A DNA stretch of 57,252 nt from Rotaria socialis (lineage: Eukaryota). The notes below the pieces were generated by a model. That model worked only from the letters and a program-made list of their open reading frames with translations, ran no database searches and was not told where the DNA came from. The stretch lies in NCBI GenBank assembly GCA_905331295.1, contig CAJNYD010000173.1, positions 1 through 57,252 on the forward strand, given 5' to 3'. This document shows, piece by piece, positions 12,483-25,091 of this stretch; the first letter of the stretch is position 1, and every line of letters begins with the position of its first letter. The position numbers and the translations under genes were made by a program.

Positions 12483-12991
12483 AAGATTATCTTTAATTCA
12501 TACGACAAGAAACAGAAGAACTGAGTGTTTCTATTGCATTTAGTAGATTATTATGTGATTTGAGCGAGTACGATAAATCACAGAAATATTTTTGGAACAA
12601 TTATTAAATGATTTGCAAAATGAAGATCATCCTTGGATCGAATATAATATTGATCGAATTCTTGCTTACAAGGGTGAATGGGATGAGGCTCGAAAAATAT
12701 TATGATCGTGCATATGATCGAGTGGCGAAAACTGAACCACCGCGAGCCAAGAATTCTTCTTTGGTCCTCCAAAATATTGGCGTTATTCTCTACCAACAAG
12801 TAAAATACGACGAAGTTCTCGAGTATTACCTAACAGCATTGAAAATAAAGAAGGGATTTTATCCATCTGGCCATAAAAATATTGCTACGAGCCTGAACGC
12901 CATTGGCAATGTTTTCCAAAAACAAAGAAAGTTCGATAAAGTTCTCGCTTATTATCCGAGAGCATTAAAAATTCAACAATAATTTTATCGA
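12483..12991 (+). pseudogene. Truncated, frameshifted fragment of an ART-TPR family gene (TPR region only)
   Basis: Aligns by eye to the gene at 13391-15313 from ~14619 onward (e.g. CAAGAAACAGAAGA, TATTATGATCGTGCATATGATCGA). It has an early in-frame TAA, +1 insertions at TATTTTTGG and CGAAAAATAT, and no start codon or ART domain. Confidence 0.85.
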
Positions 12992-13026
12992 TGGGTGTGG
13001 GTAAGAATAAATCTCCACCCACACCC
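12992..13026. repeat. Telomere-like inverted site E: TGGGTGTGGGT-AAGAATAAATCT-CCACCCACACCC
   Basis: Direct reading; abuts the 3' end of the TPR fragment. Confidence 0.8.
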
Positions 13027-13390
13027 TTTTGATTATCTGAAAGAATGATTACAACAAGAAAAACAAATTTAATCAGCTGCAAATAGATTTCTAAACGTGT
13101 TTTTTCTCAGTTACATTCAATTTAAGAAGTGTCTTACAAAAAGTTTTCGTAGTCAACTTATCTCTATGATACGTCTTTTGATTTCACTTGAGAGACTCTG
13201 TTTACTCGGTAAAAGAAACTAGACTTTGTTATCAGCAAAGAAAAAAAGATACAGAATAAAACTCACCCAACAATAATCTATTTAACTAAAACAAAAAAGA
13301 CACATTCAGAGATTTCAACACTAGATATCTCTTGTTTTTATTCTAAGTTACAATTGCAGCGGCGAGGAAATTTTCTCGTAGTAAGTAATT

Positions 13391-15313
13391 ATGGTAGAAG
13401 CACTTGTAGAAGCATCACCGAAGAAAAATAGATTAAAAGAGAGTATATCATTGCGTCAATTATCTTCAAGAACAGATGACAATGATAATAAAGAAAGTAC
13501 AACTCTTATTTGGTTTGATCCTAACATTGGATCACATGAAGATACAAAAAATACGAAACAACAACTTCGACTTATCAACGATTTTGTTATTTTCATGACT
13601 GATCTTGATCATTGTGTTTCATTTATTCAATCGATTAACAAAGAAAAGATCTTCTTAATTACATCTGGGTCAAAAGCATCACTACTTCTATCACGAATTT
13701 CTTCTTGTCAACAAATTGATTCAGTTTTCATTTTTTGTATACAACAAGAACGATATGAATATTTACTAAATGAATACTCGAAAATCATCGGTGTTTATGT
13801 TGATCTGGATGATTTATGTCAATCAATTAAGAAGCAAGTTGATTTAGTGAATAAACAAATTCAAACATTTTCTTTTTTTGATCAAAAAGAAAAATCAACA
13901 AAAGACTTATCCAAAGAATCTGCATCGTTTCTTTGGTTTCAATTGTTTAATTATGTCATTGCGCGTCTTCCAAGAAATCAACAAGCAAAGCAACAAATGA
14001 TCGACATCTGCAAAGATTATTATCGTGGAAACAAAAGAGAGATGAGAGCAATCGAAGAATTCGAAGAAACCTATCGGCCTGAAGTTGCTATAAACTGGTA
14101 TTCGAAAGAGTCATTTGTCTACAAGTTAATCAATAAAGCATTGCGAACAGAAGATATTGATCTTCTTTACAAGTTTCGTTTTTTCATTGGCGATCTTTCG
14201 AAAAATCTTCAACAAGCACATGAAAAACTTTTATCATCAAAAGAAAAAATTGTCAATGTTTATCGTGGAGTTCAACTCGGGAAAGCAGAGTTTGAGAAAT
14301 TGAAACAAAACCAAGGAAAACTGATTTCAACCAACGGGTATTTATCAACGAGCCGAAGAAAATCGTCAGCAGTACGTTTCTCAAGAGTACCAAATAGGAG
14401 AATGGATGTAGTACCTATTCTTTTTCATATCCAATGTGATATTGAACACATTAATAAGAATATTATTTTTGCTGACATTAGCCAATTCAGTGAATTTCCA
14501 GAAGAACAAGAAGTTTTATTCGACATGAATGCTTGTTTTCTTATCGAGTCGATTCAAGAAAAGGATTCATTGCAAATCATCAAGATGAATCTTTCAAATG
14601 AAGGATACAAAATTACAAAAGATTATCTTAAATTAACACGCCAAGAAACAGAAGAGCTGAGTGCTTCTATTGTGTTTGGTAGATTATTACATCATTTAGG
14701 TGATTATGATAAATCACAAAAATATTTTGAGCAATTGCTGAACGATTCAGAAAATGAAGATCGTGCTTGGATTGAATTTAATCTTGGGCGAGCTGCTTAC
14801 TCTAAAGGTGAATGGGGTGAAGCTCGAAAATATTATGATCGTGCATATGATCGAATGATGAAAAGTGAACCGCCACGAACCAAAGATTCTGCTTGGGTTC
14901 TCAATGATATTGGTAATGTCCTCTATACACAACAAAAGTACGATGAAGCCCTCGATTATCATCAACGAGCATTGATAATCCGAGAGAAATTTCATGCATC
15001 TGACCATGGAGATACGGCTACGAGCCTAAACAACATTGGTAATACTCTCGGTGCACAAGGAAAGTACGGTGAAGCCCTTGATTATCATCATAGAGCATTG
15101 AAAATTCGAGAGAAATTTCATCCATCAGGTCATACCTATATTGCTGTGAGTCTGAATAATATTGGCCTTTGTTATGAACATCAGAACAAGCAAAGCATGG
15201 CACTTGAATACTATCGCCGTTCATTGAGTATATATGAGAAGTTTCTTCCTGCTGACCATCCACAAATACAGAGAGCACAAAAGAATATTGATCGACTTTT
15301 TGGAAAAAACTGA
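13391..15313 (+). CDS. ADP-ribosyltransferase (R-S-E clade) + TPR repeat protein, 640 aa, intronless
   Basis: N-terminal LIWFDPN...IFLITSG domain. ART motifs WYSKESFVYKLINKALR, VYRG, GYLSTS and EEQEVLF. About 5 kinesin-light-chain-like TPRs (ATSLNNIG...EALDYHHRALKIREK). Confidence 0.9.
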   Translation: MVEALVEASPKKNRLKESISLRQLSSRTDDNDNKESTTLIWFDPNIGSHEDTKNTKQQLRLINDFVIFMTDLDHCVSFIQSINKEKIFLITSGSKASLLLSRISSCQQIDSVFIFCIQQERYEYLLNEYSKIIGVYVDLDDLCQSIKKQVDLVNKQIQTFSFFDQKEKSTKDLSKESASFLWFQLFNYVIARLPRNQQAKQQMIDICKDYYRGNKREMRAIEEFEETYRPEVAINWYSKESFVYKLINKALRTEDIDLLYKFRFFIGDLSKNLQQAHEKLLSSKEKIVNVYRGVQLGKAEFEKLKQNQGKLISTNGYLSTSRRKSSAVRFSRVPNRRMDVVPILFHIQCDIEHINKNIIFADISQFSEFPEEQEVLFDMNACFLIESIQEKDSLQIIKMNLSNEGYKITKDYLKLTRQETEELSASIVFGRLLHHLGDYDKSQKYFEQLLNDSENEDRAWIEFNLGRAAYSKGEWGEARKYYDRAYDRMMKSEPPRTKDSAWVLNDIGNVLYTQQKYDEALDYHQRALIIREKFHASDHGDTATSLNNIGNTLGAQGKYGEALDYHHRALKIREKFHPSGHTYIAVSLNNIGLCYEHQNKQSMALEYYRRSLSIYEKFLPADHPQIQRAQKNIDRLFGKN

Positions 15314-15584
15314 AATCATCCAATGATAGGTCAAAGATGCTGATTACATGAAACACTTGATGAGTTTTTAATTGTGCTCGAATCTTTTTTTTTGAACAGT
15401 GTTTGTTTTGAATAAATTGTAATGAAAAATAATTCAACCCTAATAGTTCATTTTCGAGAACGAATTCTTGTGTTTTTTTGTATTTATTATAAATAGATAT
15501 GAGTTAATAATGATGATCAAACAATGAAAAGCATAATGAACAGTAATTCACGACAAAAAATAATGAATGTCTCTAAAAAGTATC

Positions 15585-16646
15585 TTATCCAACAAGAGTC
15601 AGAACAGCCGATGCATAACTAACACTTGAATCGTTTGATTTTTTCACACGACTCGATTGAGCATATTTGACAAATTGCATAGAGAATTTTGGCAATTGAC
15701 TTGACGGGACGACCTTTTTACTTTGTTCAATTGCCTAAAATGAACGAGATAGAAATAATATTTCAGTCGGGATTCGATGTAAAACATACAGCTAGTAAAA
15801 GACTTATTGGATATCGGCCACATATTGTATTATCAGTTGAACGGAGATACGAATGAAAATCAGGTAAGCTCAATTTTTCTATTAATTCCATTCCTTTATG
15901 ATCTAATTTTTCGATATATTGCCAGATTTCACCATCTTCAGGATTATGTGGAGTATAGGAAAATCGTCGGCCTAAAAGCAAAACATTGATTTTGAAGAAA
16001 ACTAAAATATCTCAATTACCCCAATGACAAAAATCCGATGAGATAACAAATAAATTTCTTGGGTCACATAAATACGGTGCTAGTAATTGCCCATATTTTT
16101 CTAATTTTGATGAATCAAGGGAACCAACCAGGATTGGAATTAATTGAAAGTCTTTGCCTTTTCTGAAGCAAAAAAATAGAATTTTTCATCAAGCAATTGA
16201 AATTCTTACTTTTCAAAAACTTTTGCGATATATGGTAAATGCATTTCCAATGAATGTTCATCGGAATCTTGTTGTTTGTTCATAAGCGAGAAGAGGCCTG
16301 TCTTATGAAGTTCACCTGATATTTGCGCATCAATTTTAATATTATACAAGGGCGTTTCATAGAATGCATGGGTAGTTAATGCGCACGTATTTAAGCTATA
16401 ATGATGCGATGGACCAAGAAGAAATACACGATCGATATCTGTCGGATCAATTGATTTATACGCATATGCAGCTGTTGGTCCACTATAAGTATATCCGGCA
16501 TGTGGTGCAATGATAGCACGAGCTTTTAGTCGACTATTTGTACTGCCGTTAGCTTCTGTAAGCCATGCTGATAATTGTTGATCGAGACAGTTTCCATCAG
16601 ATTCATACCAACTTCCAGCATGTGATGCTTCACGGATCGAACTCAT
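15585..16646 (-). CDS. MEMO1: Protein MEMO1 (4 exons)
   Basis: [50 protein letters not shown] and SSVSYAS motifs; exons 16210-16646, 16020-16162, 15790-15971, 15585-15734. Confidence 0.95.
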
Positions 16647-16727
16647 TGAAATCTGAAAAATTGAAAATTTTATTTAATGAATTTTAGAAAATTTTCATTC
16701 TTGAAAAACGAAGGAATACATAGACAA

Positions 16728-17341
16728 TCACGCTTTATTTGTTTGCGAAAAAATCGATAAGTTACTTATAAATTCATCTAATTTTTCAATAAATATCTCT
16801 TGTTCATTAGTTATTACATCCGACGCCGAAGAACGAGGATTTTTAAGAATATAATTGACGTATATCTATTTAAAAGAAAAAAAGAATACGGCGAAAATTT
16901 GTCTTGTTTATCATCCGTTCGACTATGCTTACTGTACTGTATAATTGGTGTAAAATATCACGAATATTGCCAACATTGCTATCTGTATTTAAAATAAATT
17001 TCAATCCCGTTAGCGTTTCATAATAATGCAGCTTATAACAATTTGTTTTATAACTTAGAAAGCCATCTTTGCTGAAAAAATAATATAATGAGTTTATTGA
17101 GAAACCATAAAAATCTACATACAAATCTGTAGGTGATAGGCGTTGCACAAAAGATTTCACCGAATATATAAAACCGTTCATTAATTTAAATTCCTAATAA
17201 AAAAAATAGAATTGAGCGATTGTACAATTTAAAATAACTCACTTCATCTTGTGTCATATTCGTTTGTTGTCTTCGCAGCCATTCACGATAGAACAAACAT
17301 TGCCCGGTTCGGCTGAAGATGTATAAATTATAAACAACCAT
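16728..17341 (-). CDS. TRAPPC1: Trafficking protein particle complex subunit 1 (BET5/sybindin-like), 3 exons
   Basis: [58 protein letters not shown]; exons 17243-17341, 16933-17193, 16728-16865. Confidence 0.93.
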
Positions 17342-17518
17342 CTGAAAAATGTGGGAACTTTCTGGTTTTCTTTTAAAAGAAGAATGATGTCAACACATGA
17401 ATTTCTGCTGTCTTTCTTAAATCACGCAATAAATAAATGTTGAACAAAACAGAAAACGAAAAAACATGCAAGAATACTTTCGAGTACAAAGTGAAAAAAA
17501 ATAAACTACAAGTTATGC

Positions 17519-19617
<2,099 letters not shown>

Positions 19618-20100
19618 GTTCAATATGGTTTATTTATTTATTTCGGTCTTGTGCTTTTCAGTCTTGCACTGCACTCACACACACTTTCCCAACTAATATA
19701 AAGGCCAATAAAAAATTCTTCATTGCCTTTGCCAAGAAGTTTTTGCTAGATGTCTCTAGAGTAGTTTCGTTTTTATATGCAAATAATAAACTGAATCATC
19801 AAATAGGACACAAATAATAATTGTTCGATCGTACCAACATCGAAAGACAAAGAACGAAGTAGAATGTTTGCGAACAATCATTATCTACCTATCAGCATTT
19901 AACTGTTCTCTAAAGTGTATGCGCATCAACTTTGGACTCGCACTCACAAAAAGAAAGATGAGTTCGAGGGTAATTTAATCGTTCTTAGCGGTATAGAAGA
20001 CGTGTTGATATAAGACGCAATGTTGTATAATATTATAAAATGTCAGTCTTTTTTAGATTTTCTACTAGATTTTTAAATATTAGAATAAGAAGAAAAGCCG

Positions 20101-22387
20101 ATGGGGCAATATATAACAACTCATGCTTTTTATCATTCATATACCGATGAACCACATGCCACACGTCGAAAAGAAATGCTTCGTAAGCTAATCGGATTTA
20201 GTTTAAAAGACGTCTATTTACCTAATCTTGTTATTTAGAAAAATATCCTGAAATAAAACAACTAATGGGACCCGATTGGCGTATGGCAATACAAGTTGTT
20301 ATATCTGTAATAATACAAATAACTGTGGGAATACTTCTCAAAGATGCATCTTGGTCAACATTACTTTTTGTTGCTTACGTTGTTGGTGGTACAATAAATC
20401 ATACATTGTCATTAGCTTTACATGAATTAACGCATAATTTAGCATTTGGTCATTCATGGCCAATATCTAATCGTCTATTAGGTTTTTTTGCTAATATTCC
20501 ATTAGGTGTACCAGCATCGATTACATTTAAAAAATATCATCTTGATCATCATAGGTAAACATAATAAAAAAAACAAAGTTCATTTTTTTTTGTGTTATCT
20601 GATAATATTCTTTAGATTTCAAGGTGACGAAGTATATGATACGGATATTCCAACACGTCTTGAAGTGTTTTTATTTTCATCACGTATAGGAAAATTTTTC
20701 TTCTTAATCATAATGCCATTTCTTTATTCTTTACGACCTGTATTCGTTTTTCCAAAACCAATACACGTATTGGAATTAGTTAACATTATGATTATGATAG
20801 TATTTAATGGAATAATGTACTATTATTTTGGTCATAAAACAGCATCATATTTCGTTCTGGGTACTATACTCGGCCTTTCGATTCATCCTATTTCGGGACA
20901 TTTCATTGCTGAACATTATGTCTTCAAAGAAGGATTTGAAACTTATTCATATTATGGACCATTAAATGCTATTACCTATAATGTTGGATATCATAACGAA
21001 CGTAAAGAAATTACTGGATAATTTAGTTTAATTTTCATGTCAATCGTCTTTGTTTAGATCATGATTTTCCATATATCGCGGGTAGAAATCTACCTAAAGT
21101 ACGCAAAATTGCTCCTGAATATTATGATAATCTTCCATCTTACACAAGGTAAGTGTTTACTCAATGAAGTTGAAAAAGAAAAAACTCATTTCAAGACATT
21201 TATTCTCTTTGTTTGCAAGAGAATGAATATCAGAATTTTGAGTTTATCTGTGATCAATGAGCTTAAAGAGGACTTTCGTCATTTTGTGACTGTAAGTTTT
21301 GGTTGGTTGTGGTCTAAATATGCTTTCAACTAACTGCTAACAGCTAAATATATTCTCAGATTTGATAGAATCTCACTAATTTGTTTTATAGATATTAAAA
21401 AACATAAAGCACAATTTAGCTATGTTTGCCAAATTTTGAATCACTTCATTTCTCACGTAATTTTATGTCGAATCAAGCTGTTACTGATTATTGACAAAAT
21501 ATCTACTGTTATGAGAGGGTCTTAGTTACACGGCTCGAGGGATTAGGAAAGGTTAAATTTTAACCTTTTCGATATCTATCTGTTAAAAGCATTTAGAAAT
21601 AAGTAACATTTACTCGCCTGATAAAGATTTGTATAACACGAAAATTTTCACATGGATTATTCAGTCGACGAATTGAGAACGAAGGTGTCATGTTTTACTC
21701 TCCCTAGGTTATATGCAGTTAGGAAAAGCATCGATTGAAATTCGTTCCCTCGGGATTTTTGTATTATGTAAAGCTTTTCCCAACTTATAGTTACCTGCGT
21801 AAAACTTAGTCACCCATTTTGCTTTTCCAAACCTGGAAATCCCAATGATGATTCAAGCTTCAAGAATTGAAAATGAAAATTTTGCTTAATTGAATGTCAC
21901 ATACTAACATAGATATCTATTAACCATTGAAAGACCGTAGATAGATGATACCCAGGTTGAAAAATCTGACACAATATCTTGAAATACGAGCGAAATCTTA
22001 CAAGAATCTGACAAAAAATCGTAGTTATACGATCTTTCAAGAATCTGATTGTATGAATTGACCTCAAATCTCAGGAACTACGATTTTTTGTCAGATTTTC
22101 GTATGATCGTGCAAGATCTTATCAGATCTTACAATATGATTGTTCGACCTGGGTATTCTTCTTTTTTTCAAATTTGATTAAAACTATTTTAAAACAGATG
22201 TCTTACTATTTTTTAATTATTGTCTAGTTGGGTTAAAGTACTCTACGATTTTGTCATGAATGATAATGTTGGTCCTTGGGCACGTGTAGTTCGACCTACA
22301 AAACTCGGCGTTGAACCAGTCGTAAGCCAACAAGAATATGAACAAAAATTGAAAACAATTGTGAAAGAAGCTCACAAGCGTGATTAA
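20101..22387 (+). CDS. DEGS1: Sphingolipid delta(4)-desaturase, paralog 1 (5 exons)
   Basis: [20 protein letters not shown]; His boxes HELTH, HLDHH, HNEHH; exons 20101-20182, 20239-20554, 20616-21001, 21058-21148, 22228-22387. Confidence 0.93.
21951..22153. mobile_element. MITE in the last intron of desaturase paralog 1
   Basis: Ends CCCAGG...CCTGGG flanked by TA on both sides; internal inverted repeat AATCTGACAAAAAATCGTAGTT / AACTACGATTTTTTGTCAGATT. Confidence 0.75.
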
Positions 22388-23527
22388 CTAGAGAAACTAC
22401 TACAGCAACAAATATTCAAATCGTCGTTTTTTGTTTCTCTTAAATTGACAGTCATGAAAATCTGATTGATTTATGATAACTGATATATCATGGTGTTTTC
22501 AGCATAGATGGTATTTTTGATGCTTGCATGATAGTCGATGTTTGATTATAATATCTTTCCTTCTGTTGTGTCAGATTCTTTTTTGTTCATCTTGCATTCA
22601 TTTTAAAACATCTCTCGAAACTTCTTCTTTCTGTTTCTCATCTCTTCTTTGAGAAAATCAATCACAAACACAAAGTGGCATCTTTTTTTTTATTATCCTT
22701 AACTTGTGCTTTATTTTGTGTCGTGCGCGTTGTTCTGTTATGTCATCTGTGCGGCATAACTTTCAAACTCTGTCCATGTATCAAGTCTTCCACCTATTTG
22801 ATTTGTTGCTCTAGTCTTCCTTTGTTATTTATACGGTTGAGTAGCAAAAAATAAAAATCTATACACTAATTGTGCTACGAGTGAATTAAAAGAAAGAAGC
22901 AATTAAATTTGTGAACAAATCTTTATTGGCACAATAACAAAGATAATTCTAAGACATTAAGAAAAAAACACAATACACTCGTATACGGACGGAAAAGTAT
23001 GACAAATTGACACGGAAAAAAAATATATAAAGAACGCAGTTGTACTTAGTTTTATATTTTTATTTTGGCTTCTAAGAATTTCTCATCCAATGGAATGTAA
23101 GATAGACACCTTAGAAAGTTTTTCTTCAGATATCTCAGAGAAAAACAATCAATCATGTATGTAAAGGACAATATTAACTTTTTTTTATTCTATTTATTGA
23201 GGCCTACTTAAAAAAATTAACATAATATTGAGAATATTCGCTGACATGAGTAGTCATGTGGTGAAATTTAATAAAAATTGACTTTAAAAAATTTTAATAA
23301 ATACCAATGAATTGACTTTAAAAATGGGACATAAATTTAAATTGTCGTAGGAAATGTTTTCTACTGGTCGAAAAGATATTGTCCTTTACATAAAAAAATA
23401 TAATCTCTGAGATTTCTTCATTACCAGCGAAAAACATGCGGTGTTTTAGAACAAGAAAATTGCAAGTGCACACAACAAAAACATAAAAACACATGCGTTT
23501 AGGTGCTTTTTTCTTATATGCAGAGTA

Positions 23528-25091
23528 TTATTCAGTTTTTGGATGATCTCCATTCGTGTTGACTGTCGATGTTTGTTCGATATTTGAAGATGTTCCTGTT
23601 TGTTTTTTACCCGAATGCTTTTTAACATAAAGTAATTTTCTTTCTTCTTTCGATAGGTGTGGCAATGAATGAGTATTGTTGTTATTGTCGATAACATCAT
23701 GAAGGACTTCGTTTACTTTCGATTTGTTTTTTAAGTCAATAGCATTATTTAATTTTAATGCATCTGAACGTACTGAACGACGAATACGAGATTGTGGTCC
23801 TAATCGTGGATCAACTATAAAATTGTATAGCACTCGAATCCATGAATAGTGACATGGCAAATTATCGTAATAGTCCGGAGCAATTTTCTTCAACTATTAA
23901 AATAAAAAAAAGCAAAGAGATTAATTGAGAATAATCATCGAAATGCTTACTTTTGGTAATGCATAACCAGGAATATTAGGAAAATCATGATCTATAAACA
24001 AACGAAGAAATTATTGCGAATCGAAATTCATATAAAAGAATATTCGTACGTTCATTATGATAACCAACATTATATGTCAAATAATTTAGTGGCCCATAGT
24101 ACGAATAAGTTTCATAGCCTTCGACAAATGTATAGTGTTCTAGAAGAAAGAAAAAAAAACGAAGAGAATGAAATATTAAGATTATAATATAAAAGTAATT
24201 AATCTAACCAGATAAAAAGTGTCCAGATATTGGATGAAAACCAAGGCCAAGTACAGTACCAAAAAATAAATAAACCAATGATTTATATCCCAGAAAGTAA
24301 AAAATAGTTGCATCAAAAATCAATTCAATAACAAGATTGATTGCTTCAAGTAATGTTACTGGCTTTGGTACACGAAGAAGTGGTCGTACAGAATAGAGTA
24401 TTGGTTGTGCGACAATATAGAAAAATTTACCAATAGGCGATCGAAACAGCCATACTTCAAAATATGTTGGTAGATCTGGATCTAGTAAATCATCGCCTTG
24501 AAATCTAATGGGAAAACATATTTTCTCTGAATTGAAATTTACGAAATTTACTTGTGATGATCGATGTGATATTTTTTAAATGTAACAGATGACGGAATAC
24601 ACAATGGTAAATTAGCTATATATCCAAGTATTCGATTAGCCGTAGGTTTAAGATTACCAAAAGCTAAGTTATGACCAACTAAAAGAAGAAGAAGAAGAAG
24701 AAAAGCAATTATGTTAGAGTACTCTTGTTTTTATTTTCTCCTAATTATTTCATACTTTCATGAAAGCTAATCGAAAGTGAATGATTAAGTGTACCACTAA
24801 TGATATATGTTAACAGCCATACATATTTCCAGTCTAGATCTCGAACTAGAATGGCCATTATGATCTGAATAAATACAGTGACAACAACTTGAGCAGCAAT
24901 ACGCCAATCATGTCCCATAAGTTGTTTGATTTGGGGATATTTTTCTATAAAAAAAAACAAAAAAACAAACGAATATTATTCAAAATAAGACTTGCAAATG
25001 AATACATACGTAGCATTTCTCTTCGACGGGTTGTATGTGGCTCATCGTTATATACCCAGTGAAAGTCGGAATGAGTTAGACTACCACCCAT
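23528..25091 (-). CDS. Sphingolipid delta(4)-desaturase/C4-hydroxylase family, paralog 2 (multi-exon)
   Basis: [58 protein letters not shown] and [10 protein letters not shown] motifs; extended low-complexity C-terminus. Confidence 0.92.

Noticed and set aside
12608..12982. 124-aa ORF as an intact TPR gene
   Set aside because: Its N-terminus is an out-of-frame reading; homology crosses two frameshifts, so it is a pseudogene fragment.
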